IMG/VR virus record: IMGVR_UViG_3300020179_000034
Coordinates: 1 to 59,966 of that record
Strand: one strand, 5' to 3'
Source of the DNA: a virus
Taxonomy: Duplodnaviria; Caudoviricetes
DNA length: 59,966 bases
The position numbers were made by a program, and so were the translations under genes. Position 1 is the stretch's first letter, and each line of letters begins with the position of its first letter. Below are positions 1 through 9,444 of the stretch, one piece after another. Below the pieces are notes generated by a model. It saw only the letters and a program-made list of their open reading frames with translations. It was not told where the DNA came from and searched no databases.

Positions 1-1
1 A

Positions 2-67
2 AACCATGTCACTTGCACCTACGAGGATGGCTCTTACTGCGTCCCATGCGTGTTGATGGCGTGTTAA
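2..67 (+). CDS. 3' end of tail fibre gene (partial, duplicate of the 56342..59218 C-terminus)
   Basis: Reads NHVTCTYEDGSYCVPCVLMAC-stop, identical to the end of the 958-aa ORF. Confidence 0.9.
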   Translation, partial: NHVTCTYEDGSYCVPCVLMAC

Positions 68-79
68 TTAGGAGCAACC

Positions 80-241
80 ATGTCTGACGTTGAACTGAAA
101 CTATCGCTTGAAGAAGCCGTCGCCATCACGAACTTGATCGGGTCACTCCCGACGAGCCAAGGCGCGTGGCCGCTGTTTGAAAAACTGAAGGCACAGGTGG
201 AACCGCACCTGCCCAAATCTGAAGAGGTATCTAAACAATGA
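80..241 (+). CDS. Small hypothetical protein (53 aa) after the tail fibre
   Basis: AGGAG RBS then ATG at 80 (MSDVELKLSLEE...EVSKQ). The stop overlaps the next ATG (ATGA). The other repeat copy differs mostly at synonymous sites. Confidence 0.85.
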   Translation: MSDVELKLSLEEAVAITNLIGSLPTSQGAWPLFEKLKAQVEPHLPKSEEVSKQ

Positions 242-558
242 GTACCGTGATCACTTGGTCTGTCACCGCGATGGACTGCTACCCCGAATCCGACAACCAT
301 CAAGACGTTGTGTTCAACGTGCATTGGACTTGCGCTGGCGTGGACGACACTTACACGGGCAGCGTCTATAGCACTTGCTCTGTCCCCGCTCCAAGCGGTT
401 CGTTTACGCCGTATTCGTCCCTCACGCAAAACCAAGTCCTTGGTTGGATTTGGGCGAATGGCGTGGACAAGCAAAGCGCAGAGGCAGCGGTTGAGCAGCA
501 GATCGCCAATGCCAAGAATCCTCCGGTCGTCACGCCGCCGTTGCCTTGGGTTGCGTAA
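238..558 (+). CDS. Conserved phage protein downstream of tail fibre (possible fibre-associated or assembly protein)
   Basis: 106 aa with VHW...F.PY..LT...VLGW...LPW pattern. Translationally coupled; frame intact in both repeat copies. Confidence 0.75.
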   Translation: MSTVITWSVTAMDCYPESDNHQDVVFNVHWTCAGVDDTYTGSVYSTCSVPAPSGSFTPYSSLTQNQVLGWIWANGVDKQSAEAAVEQQIANAKNPPVVTPPLPWVA

Positions 559-836
559 TGACCGCCAACACCGTCTTCTTGCTGATCTTCGCAGTGCTTC
601 AGGTGTTAGACATCTGGACAACGCTGACGGCACTCAAGATGGGCCATCGGGAAATGAACCCGGTGCTGGCAAAAGCGTTTGAATATGCCGAGCCGCTGGT
701 AGTCATGGTCGTCATCAAACTCGCCGGGGTCTGGGCTTTGTGGTGGGCAGATATGTACTGGCTTACGGGGTTGATGTGCGCGGCGTATCTGTGGGTGATC
801 AATAACAACTTGGATGTGATTCAGAGGAAGAAGTGA
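558..836 (+). CDS. Small membrane protein, DUF5658-like
   Basis: Hydrophobic helices with an LD..TT...G..E.NP motif; TAATG coupling at 556-560. Confidence 0.6.
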   Translation: MTANTVFLLIFAVLQVLDIWTTLTALKMGHREMNPVLAKAFEYAEPLVVMVVIKLAGVWALWWADMYWLTGLMCAAYLWVINNNLDVIQRKK

Positions 837-1381
837 TGCCCATCCCCGCTGCACTTGGCGCGATCCTGACCCCCCTACTTGGTAACGGTTTAAATCTCGT
901 TGCCAACGCCGTCATGGCAAAGGGTAAGGATTACGTTGAGAAAAAACTGGGCGTTGAACTAAAACCGGACATGTCTCCGGACGAGATCATTCGCCTCAAA
1001 ACGGCAGAGATGGAACATGAAGAAGAACTGCTTCGCCTCAAGATTGAAGAGAACAAGTTGGATCTTCAAGAACTGGATATGCGTTTAAAGGACGTAGACT
1101 CTGCACGGGATCGTGAAGTTCAGATCGCCACATCTGATAAAGCCCCGCTGATCAATAAGATCGTCACCCCTATCCTCGCCCTCTCCATTCTACTTCTCAC
1201 CTTCGTCCTTTTTGGCGTTGTCATGTTTGACAACACTCCGGTAGAGTCCAGCCGCAAGGACATCCTGATCTACATCCTTGGTGTTCTCTCAGCCATCTCC
1301 ACGCAGATCGTCTCGTACTACTTCGGTTCCTCACAGGGCAGTAAAGAGAAGTCTGATCAACTGCGGGAGGCGATGAAGTGA
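833..1381 (+). CDS. Putative holin (3TM/GTA-holin-like)
   Basis: Coiled coil followed by two TM helices ending in YYFGSS; lies directly upstream of the endolysin. Confidence 0.7.
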   Translation: MMPIPAALGAILTPLLGNGLNLVANAVMAKGKDYVEKKLGVELKPDMSPDEIIRLKTAEMEHEEELLRLKIEENKLDLQELDMRLKDVDSARDREVQIATSDKAPLINKIVTPILALSILLLTFVLFGVVMFDNTPVESSRKDILIYILGVLSAISTQIVSYYFGSSQGSKEKSDQLREAMK

Positions 1382-1761
1382 GTAACGTGCAGAACCAAGC
1401 AGACTTCCTGCTAGATGTCACCCGCCTCATTAACAAGGCGACCGAACTTGGCTTTCAGGTCACAGCCGGGGAGTTGTATCGCACCCCTGAGCAGCAAGAG
1501 ATTTACGTCAAGACGGGGCGTAGCCGCACGATGAATAGTCTGCACCTGCAACGCAGGGCGGTAGATTTAAACTTCTTTCTGAACGGCAAACTGACTTACG
1601 ACAAACAAGTCCTTGCGCCACTTGGTGCCTATTGGGAATCACTGCATCCGCTAAATTCATGGGGAGGGAACGGGGTTAAACTTGTCGATACGCCGCATTT
1701 CAGTCGTGGCGTAGATAAACCTGAATGGCGGAGAGTAACCGGTGCCCCTCCAAAAAGTTGA
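1378..1761 (+). CDS. Endolysin, peptidase M15 family (L-Ala-D-Glu peptidase-like)
   Basis: YRTPEQQ, SLHLQRRAVD (SxHxxxxAxD), WGG and DTPHF zinc-peptidase motifs. Confidence 0.88.
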   Translation: MSNVQNQADFLLDVTRLINKATELGFQVTAGELYRTPEQQEIYVKTGRSRTMNSLHLQRRAVDLNFFLNGKLTYDKQVLAPLGAYWESLHPLNSWGGNGVKLVDTPHFSRGVDKPEWRRVTGAPPKS

Positions 1762-4033
1762 ACTTCGACCCGGCGTAAACCGCGAATCTACTTCGTATGC
1801 TAACGAAGGTGGTTTTTTTGCAGGGGATAAAATTCGTTTTCGTTCTGGCTACGCCGAAAAAATAGGAGGCTGGCAGAATATTAGTACAGCGGGAAGTACG
1901 TTCTACGGTATATGCCGTATATTGTGGAATTGGATTAGTAAACTAAATCAAAACCTTGTTGGTTTAGGTACAAGTCAAAAAGTTTATGTAGAACTTGGCG
2001 GTATTTATTATGACGTTACCCCTCTTGGTAACTCACTTAATCTTTCGCAGAACCCCTTTACTACGACTTCTGGCAGTCGCTTGGTGACTGTAACAGCTAC
2101 GGGACATCTAACGACTATTGGCACGTACGTCAATTTTTCTGGAGCTACGACAGTAGCCAGTCTTGTTCTCAATGGTGAATACGAAGTTCAGTCTGTACCC
2201 AACGCTAATACATTTACAATTTTTGCTTCAGCTACAGCGAGTTCTACTACTACAGGGGGTGGCTCTTTAGTTATTGCCGAATTTGACATTGACGCTGGAA
2301 ATGCCGTTTTTAGTTCTGGCGTAGGCTGGGGCGGTTCTCCATGGGGTGCAGGCGGTTGGGGTTCTTCTACAGGCGCGGGTGTGGATATGCGCCTCTGGTC
2401 AATGTTTAATTACGGTGACGATTTGATATTTGCCGAACGTGGTGGAGAAATTTATTTTTGGACAATAGATACGTCTTCGTGGTCTCGTGCTGTTACGTTG
2501 GAAGAAAAAGCTAACACTACTAATAAAGGCTCTACACTTGGTACGTTTGCATCAGGTGTTACGACTATTCTTTTGGATGACACAACCGGGCTTGATACAG
2601 GCGCGGTGCTGTCAGGCAGTGGCATCGTCACTGGCACGTACGTGACGGAATCGTGGGATTTTGGTAACTCAGTCACGATCTCGCAGGCGACAAACGGTTC
2701 GTTTACGCTTACTGATATTTCGTTCAGTTACGCTGGTCGGCATGTGCCAAATGAAGTCAATATGATTATTGATTCGCCCGTTAATGATTTCGTAATTACG
2801 TGTGGTTCTACGCCATTTGATCCTACAAATTTTAATACTACGTTTGATCCTCTTTTAGTCCGTTGGTCAGATCAAGGTAATGTTTACGAGTTTGTTCCTG
2901 CAACGACTAACCAGTCAGGTGAACAACACTTATCACAAGGTTCTTTTATTGTTACAGCCAACAATACTCGTCAAGAAATATTGATTTGGACAGATACCGC
3001 CCTCTTCTCCATGCAGTATGTCGGGCCTCCGTTTGTATGGTCGTTTAATTTATTAGATCAAGACACTACAATTGCTTCGCAGAATGCTGTGCTGACAGTA
3101 AACAATGTGGTCTATTGGATGGGCCGCGACAAGTTCTTCATGTATTCGGGACGCGTTGAGACGCTGCCTTGCACACTTCGCCAGTATGTTTATAACGACA
3201 TTAACTACGATCAGTTAAGTCAAATTACGGCAGGAGCAAATGAAGGGTATAACGAAATTTGGTGGTTTTACCCTTCTTCTAATAGCACAATTAATAATCG
3301 GTACGTAATCTATAACTACCTTGAACGTGTTTGGTACTACGGTAATTTAAATCGTACGTTTTGGTCGCAACATACGCAGAGAACTTATCCGTTTGCGGCA
3401 TTCAACGTGCAGCAGGCGTACCTTTCTACGGCAATTAACAGTTCGATAACCACAATTACTTTAACCGATGCTTCTACTTTTCCAGAAACTGGAATTATTG
3501 TAGTTAATTCAGAAAAAATTTCTTATGCCGCCAAGACTGGTAACACCTTGACAGGTTGCGTCAGGGGAGTAGCGGGTACGACAGCAACTTCGCATGATCA
3601 ATACGCATACGTTGTTTTTAATGTGGCTAACCAAATAGCGTTACACGAAATTGGTAACGACGATGAGTCAGTAACTCCAGCGTTGCCGATTGAAGCATTT
3701 ATAGAATCGTCTGATTTTGATATTCAAGATGGTCAAACTTTTGGTTACGTTTGGCGTATTGTGCCTGACCTTAATTTCACAGGGTCTACAGGGTCAAGTC
3801 CAAGCGTAACGCTCACTGTGCGTCCTCGGCAGAACTCAGGTAGTAATTATTCTTCTGCAGATAGTCCCACGGTGACGCGCACTTCGACGGTGCCAGTTCA
3901 GCAGTACACAGGTCAGGTCTACACCCGAGTGCGAGGTCGCCAGATGGCGTTCCGTGTGGACTCAACTGAGTTAGGTGTGGCGTGGCAGATGGGCGTGATG
4001 CGTATCGACGTTCGACCGGATGGGCGTAGGTAA
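1742..4033 (+). CDS. Virion structural protein, probable tail nozzle/DNA stabilization protein
   Basis: 763 aa, beta-rich, with RWSDQ and YWMG..F..Y.G propeller-like motifs. Sits upstream of the ejection-type genes, as in podoviruses. Confidence 0.6.
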   Translation: MPLQKVELRPGVNRESTSYANEGGFFAGDKIRFRSGYAEKIGGWQNISTAGSTFYGICRILWNWISKLNQNLVGLGTSQKVYVELGGIYYDVTPLGNSLNLSQNPFTTTSGSRLVTVTATGHLTTIGTYVNFSGATTVASLVLNGEYEVQSVPNANTFTIFASATASSTTTGGGSLVIAEFDIDAGNAVFSSGVGWGGSPWGAGGWGSSTGAGVDMRLWSMFNYGDDLIFAERGGEIYFWTIDTSSWSRAVTLEEKANTTNKGSTLGTFASGVTTILLDDTTGLDTGAVLSGSGIVTGTYVTESWDFGNSVTISQATNGSFTLTDISFSYAGRHVPNEVNMIIDSPVNDFVITCGSTPFDPTNFNTTFDPLLVRWSDQGNVYEFVPATTNQSGEQHLSQGSFIVTANNTRQEILIWTDTALFSMQYVGPPFVWSFNLLDQDTTIASQNAVLTVNNVVYWMGRDKFFMYSGRVETLPCTLRQYVYNDINYDQLSQITAGANEGYNEIWWFYPSSNSTINNRYVIYNYLERVWYYGNLNRTFWSQHTQRTYPFAAFNVQQAYLSTAINSSITTITLTDASTFPETGIIVVNSEKISYAAKTGNTLTGCVRGVAGTTATSHDQYAYVVFNVANQIALHEIGNDDESVTPALPIEAFIESSDFDIQDGQTFGYVWRIVPDLNFTGSTGSSPSVTLTVRPRQNSGSNYSSADSPTVTRTSTVPVQQYTGQVYTRVRGRQMAFRVDSTELGVAWQMGVMRIDVRPDGRR

Positions 4034-4626
4034 TGGCTGATAATGTCCCAACACCGAATCTACCTGTCGCGCCGATTCAGTACGAACAACGGTTTCAGGA
4101 TCAGTTTGCTAATGTTCTGCGTTTGTTTTTTACAAATTTGGTAAACAAAATTAATTCGCCTATTTTTTATGCGTCATATTTTGATACAACTACGCAAACA
4201 AACCCCGTAGCTGATGCTGTTAATTTATTTACTTTTAATTCAGTAAAGTGTGAATACCAAATAAGTCGAGGTACTCCTAAATCAAAAATTTATATAAATA
4301 ACACAGGAATTTATAATTTTCAATTTTCTGTGCAGTTAGACAAAACCGCTGGTGGCTCGGCTGCAGTATTTATATGGCCCCGCATTAATGGAGTTAATGT
4401 CTCTAATTTGAATTCTAAAGTTGTTATTGATAGTGCAAATTCTGAATTTATTGTAACGAAAAATTTTGTATTAATAGTGAAAAATAATGATTATTTTGAA
4501 TTGGCATGGCAATCTTCTGATACTGATGTTGTGGCTGCTGCCTCTGCAGCCGCCAGTAATTATTCTGCCATTTCGTCTGTTATTTTGACCGTCACGTGGG
4601 TATCAAACTACGAGGCGAACCAGTGA
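4033..4626 (+). CDS. Virion structural protein (beta-sandwich C-terminus)
   Basis: Coupled to the upstream gene; GIYNFQFSVQL and DYFELAW motifs; locally AT-rich. Confidence 0.55.
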   Translation: MADNVPTPNLPVAPIQYEQRFQDQFANVLRLFFTNLVNKINSPIFYASYFDTTTQTNPVADAVNLFTFNSVKCEYQISRGTPKSKIYINNTGIYNFQFSVQLDKTAGGSAAVFIWPRINGVNVSNLNSKVVIDSANSEFIVTKNFVLIVKNNDYFELAWQSSDTDVVAAASAAASNYSAISSVILTVTWVSNYEANQ

Positions 4627-4659
4627 TACTATTCAACAAATTTACCCCGTGGGGGCGCT

Positions 4660-7545
4660 ATGAACCGTAATCCATCCATGGCAGGGCTTGCCTCTCTCGT
4701 GCAGTCACGGGGTCGAGACGGCGATTCTGTCCTTGTCCATATGACCCCCGGCGAGGTTAAGGGGCTACAGGCTCTTGCCTTTGCTCACGGTGGACAACTG
4801 AGCATCAATCCCGACACGGGGCTGTATGAGGCCAACTTCCTCAAGAAACTGTTGCCGACCATTGTCGGCGCAGTACTGACTCCGCTGACGGGTGGCTTGA
4901 TTAACCCGCTGACGGCGGGGTTCCTTGTGGGTGGCGTTGAGGCGGCACGTACGGGCGACCTTGGCAAAGGCTTGATGGCGGGTCTTGGCGCGTACGGCGG
5001 TGCTGGACTGACTAGCGCATTGGCGGGTACTGGAGCCGCTGCCGCTGCCGGAGCAGGCGAAATTGCTAAAACGGCTGGTACAGAAGCCGCCGCTGCCGCT
5101 GCTAAAGAAGGTGCCACTCAGGCTGCTCAAGAGGCTGCTAGACAGGCGGCTATGAAAGAAGCGGCGCAAGCGCAGATTCAAAAACAGATTGCCACTAAAG
5201 GCATGTTTAGCCGTTTGCCCGAAGGCGTGGCTAGTTTCAAAAACATCGGCGCAGGCATTGGAGAAATCGCTGGCGGCGGTGCCAATCTTGGCGGTATTGG
5301 CGGCTTAGGCGCAGCCGGGTCTGCGTTCGGTACGCTTGGCTTGCCCGCTAAGGCTGGCTTGACCATGACTGCTGCTAACGCGCTTTCGCCTGAAATGGAA
5401 ATGCCGGAAGGCGGCGCGTACAACATTGATGATTCTTATTACCAATCTTATGGGTATAGTCCCGAGCAGGGTAGATTCCTTGGTGGTCGATTTATAAAAG
5501 GCTACCCCGGCTTCCCTCCGCCGGGTATGGCAGGTGGCGGCGTAATTCCTGCTCCAAACGGCAACTACCCCCTCGCCAAACCTTCTAATTCGATAGGCGG
5601 GTATGGGCCAGATATTGATCCATATACGGGCGAAGAGAAGTTTGCTGACGGTGGTAGCGTCGGTAACCAAGGCCTTCAGCAGTATTACCAAAGCCTGCTC
5701 TCAGCACCGGCTCCACAGGCTGCTCCCAACCAAGCCTTTGCTAACTACATGCAGGGACTTAATCAGTTTGTAACGTCACCTGTCGCACCTCCTGCGCCGC
5801 CCAAGCAGCAGCCTCCTGCTGCAGGTATTGCTCCACCGGGAGCAGGTGGTAGGCCAGTTGCGGGTGGGGGCGGTACCAGACCGCCAGTCTCGCGGCCTCC
5901 AAATGCTCAGTTCCCTTTTAGAGGGGGGTATGGATTTAACGAGGGCGATACATTTCTCAGTACTGGTGAAGCTTATGGCGGTAATGAAGGTGCGATGCGC
6001 TGGGATGCGAATCAGGGGCGGTTCGTTTCTGATGCCCCGCAAACTCCGTTTAGCGCCGGTAATTTGCCAAGTGGCAACCCGTTTAGCGGTTTTAGCGGCA
6101 TAGACTTCTCTGCGCTCCAAAACATGTACGGCGGGGCTGGAAATATGCCCATAACCAACGAGTACGATCAATTTGTTTCTGACTCGGAACAAGGTATGGA
6201 TCAGGGCACTGCAAATACGCCTCCGCAAAATCAGTATCAAACACCTGACTTTAGCGGCATGGACTTCTCTGGCTTGCAGAACTTGAACTTGAACATGTCT
6301 GGTATTGGTGGCGCGGGGAGTTACGGCCCTGATATGTCCATGTACGGACAACAGCCTGATATGGGACAGCAGCCTGATATGGGACAGCAGCCTGATATGG
6401 GTCAGCAGTTTGATATGGGTCAGTATCAGCAGCCTGATATGGGTCAGTATCAGCAGCCTGATATGGGACAGCAGCCTGATATGGGTCAGTATCAGCAGCC
6501 TGATATGGGTCAGTATCAGCAGCCTGATATGGGTCAGTATCAGCAGCCTGATATGTCCATGTACGGACAACAGCCTGATATGGGTCAGTATCAGCAGCCT
6601 GACTTCTCTGCATACAACCCAACACAAAACTTCTTTCAAGAGTACGCAGGTGGGTCGCCTAACTACGATATGGGTAACACGCCGATCCAAGAGTTCGTCG
6701 GTACGCCATACATGCCAGAAATGCCGGAAATGCGTTCAATTGAGAGAACACCAAGGTCGCAGCAGCCGCAGCCTCAACCACCTCCGCCTGATATGGGAAG
6801 CCTTGGTGGTGGCTTCGGTACGCCGTACATGCCAGAAATGCCGGAAATGCCTTCAATTGAGAGAACACCAAGGTCGCAGCAGCCGCAGCCTCAACCACCT
6901 CCGCCTGATACGGGAAGCCTTGGTGGTGGCTTCGGTGGCGGTATGGATTTTGGTAGGTTCGACGATTTTAGCAACGTGCCTCAACAACCTGCGCCGCAAC
7001 CTGCTCCTGACATGGGTGGTCTTGCCGGTCTTGGAGCGTTGGGCGGTATGCCACAACAGTCTGCACCGCAACCACTGCCTCAACCGTTACCGCAGCCACC
7101 CCCGCCTGATATGGGAGGATTTGGAGGGTTTGGAGGATTTGGTGGCTTTAGCGGATTCAATCCAGCGCCACAACCCGCCCCTCAACCTGTTCCGCAGCCG
7201 ATGCCGCAATTTCAACAACCTGCTTTTGATATGAGCAGTTTTGATGGCGGTATGGACTTTGCCGCAGGTGGCCCGATTGGATACGCCGCTGCAGGTAAGT
7301 TCCTGCGTGGCCCCGGCGATGGCATGTCGGATGACATCAAAGCCAACATCAATGGTCAGCAAGAAGCACGGCTGGCTGACGGGGAGTTTGTCATTCCTGC
7401 CGATGTAGTGTCGCATCTTGGTAACGGTTCAAGCGAAGCCGGGTCTCGTAAACTTTATAAGATGATGGCTGATATTCGTAAGGCTCGTACGGGTAAAACC
7501 CGGCAGGCTCCGAAGATCAATCCTAAGAAGCACTTACCGGCATGA
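4660..7545 (+). CDS. Putative internal virion/ejection protein with long low-complexity repeats
   Basis: 961 aa. N-domain GRDGDSVLVHMTPGE...INPDTGLYEA, C-domain GPGDGMSDDI...LADGEFV, and a Q/P/G/M/F-rich middle. Confidence 0.65.
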   Translation: MNRNPSMAGLASLVQSRGRDGDSVLVHMTPGEVKGLQALAFAHGGQLSINPDTGLYEANFLKKLLPTIVGAVLTPLTGGLINPLTAGFLVGGVEAARTGDLGKGLMAGLGAYGGAGLTSALAGTGAAAAAGAGEIAKTAGTEAAAAAAKEGATQAAQEAARQAAMKEAAQAQIQKQIATKGMFSRLPEGVASFKNIGAGIGEIAGGGANLGGIGGLGAAGSAFGTLGLPAKAGLTMTAANALSPEMEMPEGGAYNIDDSYYQSYGYSPEQGRFLGGRFIKGYPGFPPPGMAGGGVIPAPNGNYPLAKPSNSIGGYGPDIDPYTGEEKFADGGSVGNQGLQQYYQSLLSAPAPQAAPNQAFANYMQGLNQFVTSPVAPPAPPKQQPPAAGIAPPGAGGRPVAGGGGTRPPVSRPPNAQFPFRGGYGFNEGDTFLSTGEAYGGNEGAMRWDANQGRFVSDAPQTPFSAGNLPSGNPFSGFSGIDFSALQNMYGGAGNMPITNEYDQFVSDSEQGMDQGTANTPPQNQYQTPDFSGMDFSGLQNLNLNMSGIGGAGSYGPDMSMYGQQPDMGQQPDMGQQPDMGQQFDMGQYQQPDMGQYQQPDMGQQPDMGQYQQPDMGQYQQPDMGQYQQPDMSMYGQQPDMGQYQQPDFSAYNPTQNFFQEYAGGSPNYDMGNTPIQEFVGTPYMPEMPEMRSIERTPRSQQPQPQPPPPDMGSLGGGFGTPYMPEMPEMPSIERTPRSQQPQPQPPPPDTGSLGGGFGGGMDFGRFDDFSNVPQQPAPQPAPDMGGLAGLGALGGMPQQSAPQPLPQPLPQPPPPDMGGFGGFGGFGGFSGFNPAPQPAPQPVPQPMPQFQQPAFDMSSFDGGMDFAAGGPIGYAAAGKFLRGPGDGMSDDIKANINGQQEARLADGEFVIPADVVSHLGNGSSEAGSRKLYKMMADIRKARTGKTRQAPKINPKKHLPA
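6328..6603 (+). repeat. Coding tandem repeats QQPDMG/QYQQPDMG (18- and 24-bp units)
   Basis: About a dozen cagcagcctgatatggg-type units, in frame within the 961-aa ORF. Confidence 0.95.
6700..6936 (+). repeat. 117-bp (39-aa) tandem duplication
   Basis: GTPYMPEMPEM...GSLGGGF starts at 6700 and again at 6817, nearly identical. Confidence 0.95.
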
Positions 7546-7985
7546 AGTTAGACATCTCACTCGTTCCGTACGGTCAGATCAGTTACCTCGTACCGTCACT
7601 GATCAAATACTTTCAGGAGTCTGAAGGTTGGACGAAGGGTCGTGCGAGTGTTGATGACATTGTACGTTTTGCTCTGACTGGGCAGATGCAGTTATGGGTA
7701 GTGTTTGATCCTGAAGACAATGACACGATACATGGTTATGTCATGACAGAGATTAAGCAGTATCCCAAGTCGAAGATGTTCGTCATTCAGTACTGCGCGA
7801 TGAATCCAAATCACATGCAGTACGTTGAAGAGATCATGCACGACACGGCTGATAGGTTTGCAAGAGACGCTGGTTGTGCAGGCATTGAATTCTACGGTCG
7901 CCCCGGTTGGGAACCGCACGTTAAGAAACGTGGATACACCGTTAAGACGGTGGTGTTTGAAAAGCATTTTGAGGTGAAATTATGA
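7542..7985 (+). CDS. GNAT-fold-like virion assembly protein (positional analogue of T7 gp13)
   Basis: 147 aa with QLWVV and A...GC..IE..GRPGW motifs; lies between the nozzle-like and ejection-type genes. Confidence 0.55.
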   Translation: MKLDISLVPYGQISYLVPSLIKYFQESEGWTKGRASVDDIVRFALTGQMQLWVVFDPEDNDTIHGYVMTEIKQYPKSKMFVIQYCAMNPNHMQYVEEIMHDTADRFARDAGCAGIEFYGRPGWEPHVKKRGYTVKTVVFEKHFEVKL

Positions 7986-9424
7986 GTAGTGGCGGCGGCG
8001 GTAGTTCACAGCCTACCCAACAAACAGTTACTCAGGTCACGATACCGCCTGAGTTAATGCCGTATGCCAAGCGAACGCTTGGTACTGCAGAGCAACTTAC
8101 ATACAATCAGCCATATCAAACTTATGGCGGTCAGCGCGTTGCGGGATTAAACCCGCTTCAGCAGCAGGCTATGCAACAAGTGCAGCAGCAACAAACTGCA
8201 CCTCAGTTGGGTCAGGCTACAGGGTTTGCAGGACTTGCTGGGCTACAGGCGCAGCAATTAGGTAACTATGCCCCGTCTCAGTATCAAGGACTAGACGTTA
8301 ATTATCTTGGCGCTCAGGCTCCTAACTTGCAGCAGTTCCAGATGGAAGGGCCGGAGAGAGTTACGGCGCAAACTGACTTTGGTGCGGTATCCGCACCGGG
8401 GCTTCGTGACATTCAGATGGGTGGGCCGCAGCAGGTTCAGGCCGAAAGGTTTGGACTATCTTCGCTTCAGCCGTACATGTCTCCGTACATGCAGGACGTT
8501 GTGGAGACCCAAAAGCGCGAGGCGATGCGCGATGCGGCTCGTCAAATACCCGGTGTGGGCGCTGCCGCTGCACGTGCAGGGGGGCGAGGCGGTAGTCGTG
8601 AAGCCCTACTTCGTTCAGAAGGACAACGGAACCTTCAGCAACAGTTGCAAGGTATCCAAGCCACGGGTACGCAGCAAGCGTTCCAACAGGCTCAACAGCA
8701 GTATGGCGTTGACCGCGCACAGGCTCTACAGGCTGCTCTGGCTAACCAAGCAGCGGGACTCACGACGGGTCAGGCTAACCTTCAGGCCGCGCTACAGACT
8801 CAAGGTCTTGGCGCACAACAGGCGATGCAGGCTCAATTGGCTAACCAGCAGGCTAGGATTACTGGAGGTCAGATGGGTCTTCAGGCGGGGCTTGCCAATC
8901 AACAGGCTCGGCAGAGAGCGGCTGAACAGAACCTTGCTGCTCGTCTTGGCGTTCAGCAGTTGGGGGCGCAGCAAGGTCTACAGGCTCAATTGGCTAACCA
9001 GCAGGCTCAACTTCAGGCTCAACAACAGGCTCTTGGACAAAGACAGTTTGGTGCTGAGTTCGGGGAACGATCTCGTCAGTTCGGGGCTAACCTTGGACTA
9101 CAAGGCATTCAGCAGCAGTTGGCTGCGGCAGGCATGTTGGGCAGCCTTGGTCAGCAACAGTTTGGTCAGCAGCAGGCTATTAACCAAGCCCAGATGGCAG
9201 CAGGGCAACAGTTGCAAGGTTTGGAGCAGCAAAGGCTTCAGGCTTCGTACGAAGATTTTCTCAATCGTCAGCGTTATCCGTATCAGCAACTTGGCTTCAT
9301 GTCAGACTTGATCCGTGGTACACCAACCGCTGGCGGCGTTCAAAGCATTTATGGCGCACAGGCTAGTCCGATTGGAGCTTTAGCGGGATTAGGGGGTCTC
9401 TATATGGCTGGTAGGGGCGGCTAA
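7982..9424 (+). CDS. Putative DNA ejection/pilot protein (Gln/Gly/Ala-rich)
   Basis: MSSGGGGS N-terminus, LANQQA repeats, hydrophobic Gly-rich C-terminus. Confidence 0.6.
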   Translation: MSSGGGGSSQPTQQTVTQVTIPPELMPYAKRTLGTAEQLTYNQPYQTYGGQRVAGLNPLQQQAMQQVQQQQTAPQLGQATGFAGLAGLQAQQLGNYAPSQYQGLDVNYLGAQAPNLQQFQMEGPERVTAQTDFGAVSAPGLRDIQMGGPQQVQAERFGLSSLQPYMSPYMQDVVETQKREAMRDAARQIPGVGAAAARAGGRGGSREALLRSEGQRNLQQQLQGIQATGTQQAFQQAQQQYGVDRAQALQAALANQAAGLTTGQANLQAALQTQGLGAQQAMQAQLANQQARITGGQMGLQAGLANQQARQRAAEQNLAARLGVQQLGAQQGLQAQLANQQAQLQAQQQALGQRQFGAEFGERSRQFGANLGLQGIQQQLAAAGMLGSLGQQQFGQQQAINQAQMAAGQQLQGLEQQRLQASYEDFLNRQRYPYQQLGFMSDLIRGTPTAGGVQSIYGAQASPIGALAGLGGLYMAGRGG

Positions 9425-9444
9425 ACCGCAAGCAGGAGATAGAC

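Larger units (their letters stand above)
1..815. repeat. Terminal direct repeat, copy 1 (imperfect)
   Basis: Aligns without gaps to 59152..59966. The first 127 nt are identical, followed by roughly 45 substitutions (hand count). Confidence 0.97.

Noticed and set aside
64-633. 189-aa minus-strand ORF and its twin at 59215..59784
   Set aside because: Antisense shadow of three coupled + strand genes; the substitutions are mostly synonymous in the + frames.
1-815. Diversity-generating retroelement template/variable repeat pair
   Set aside because: Differences are not adenine-specific, are mostly synonymous, span several genes, and no reverse transcriptase is present.
6328-6603. CRISPR array
   Set aside because: Units are tandem with no unique spacers and are in-frame coding repeats.
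5776-9311. Long alternative-frame ORFs (5776..6690, 6305..7234, 8307..9311)
   Set aside because: By-products of low-complexity repeats and codon bias in the real genes.
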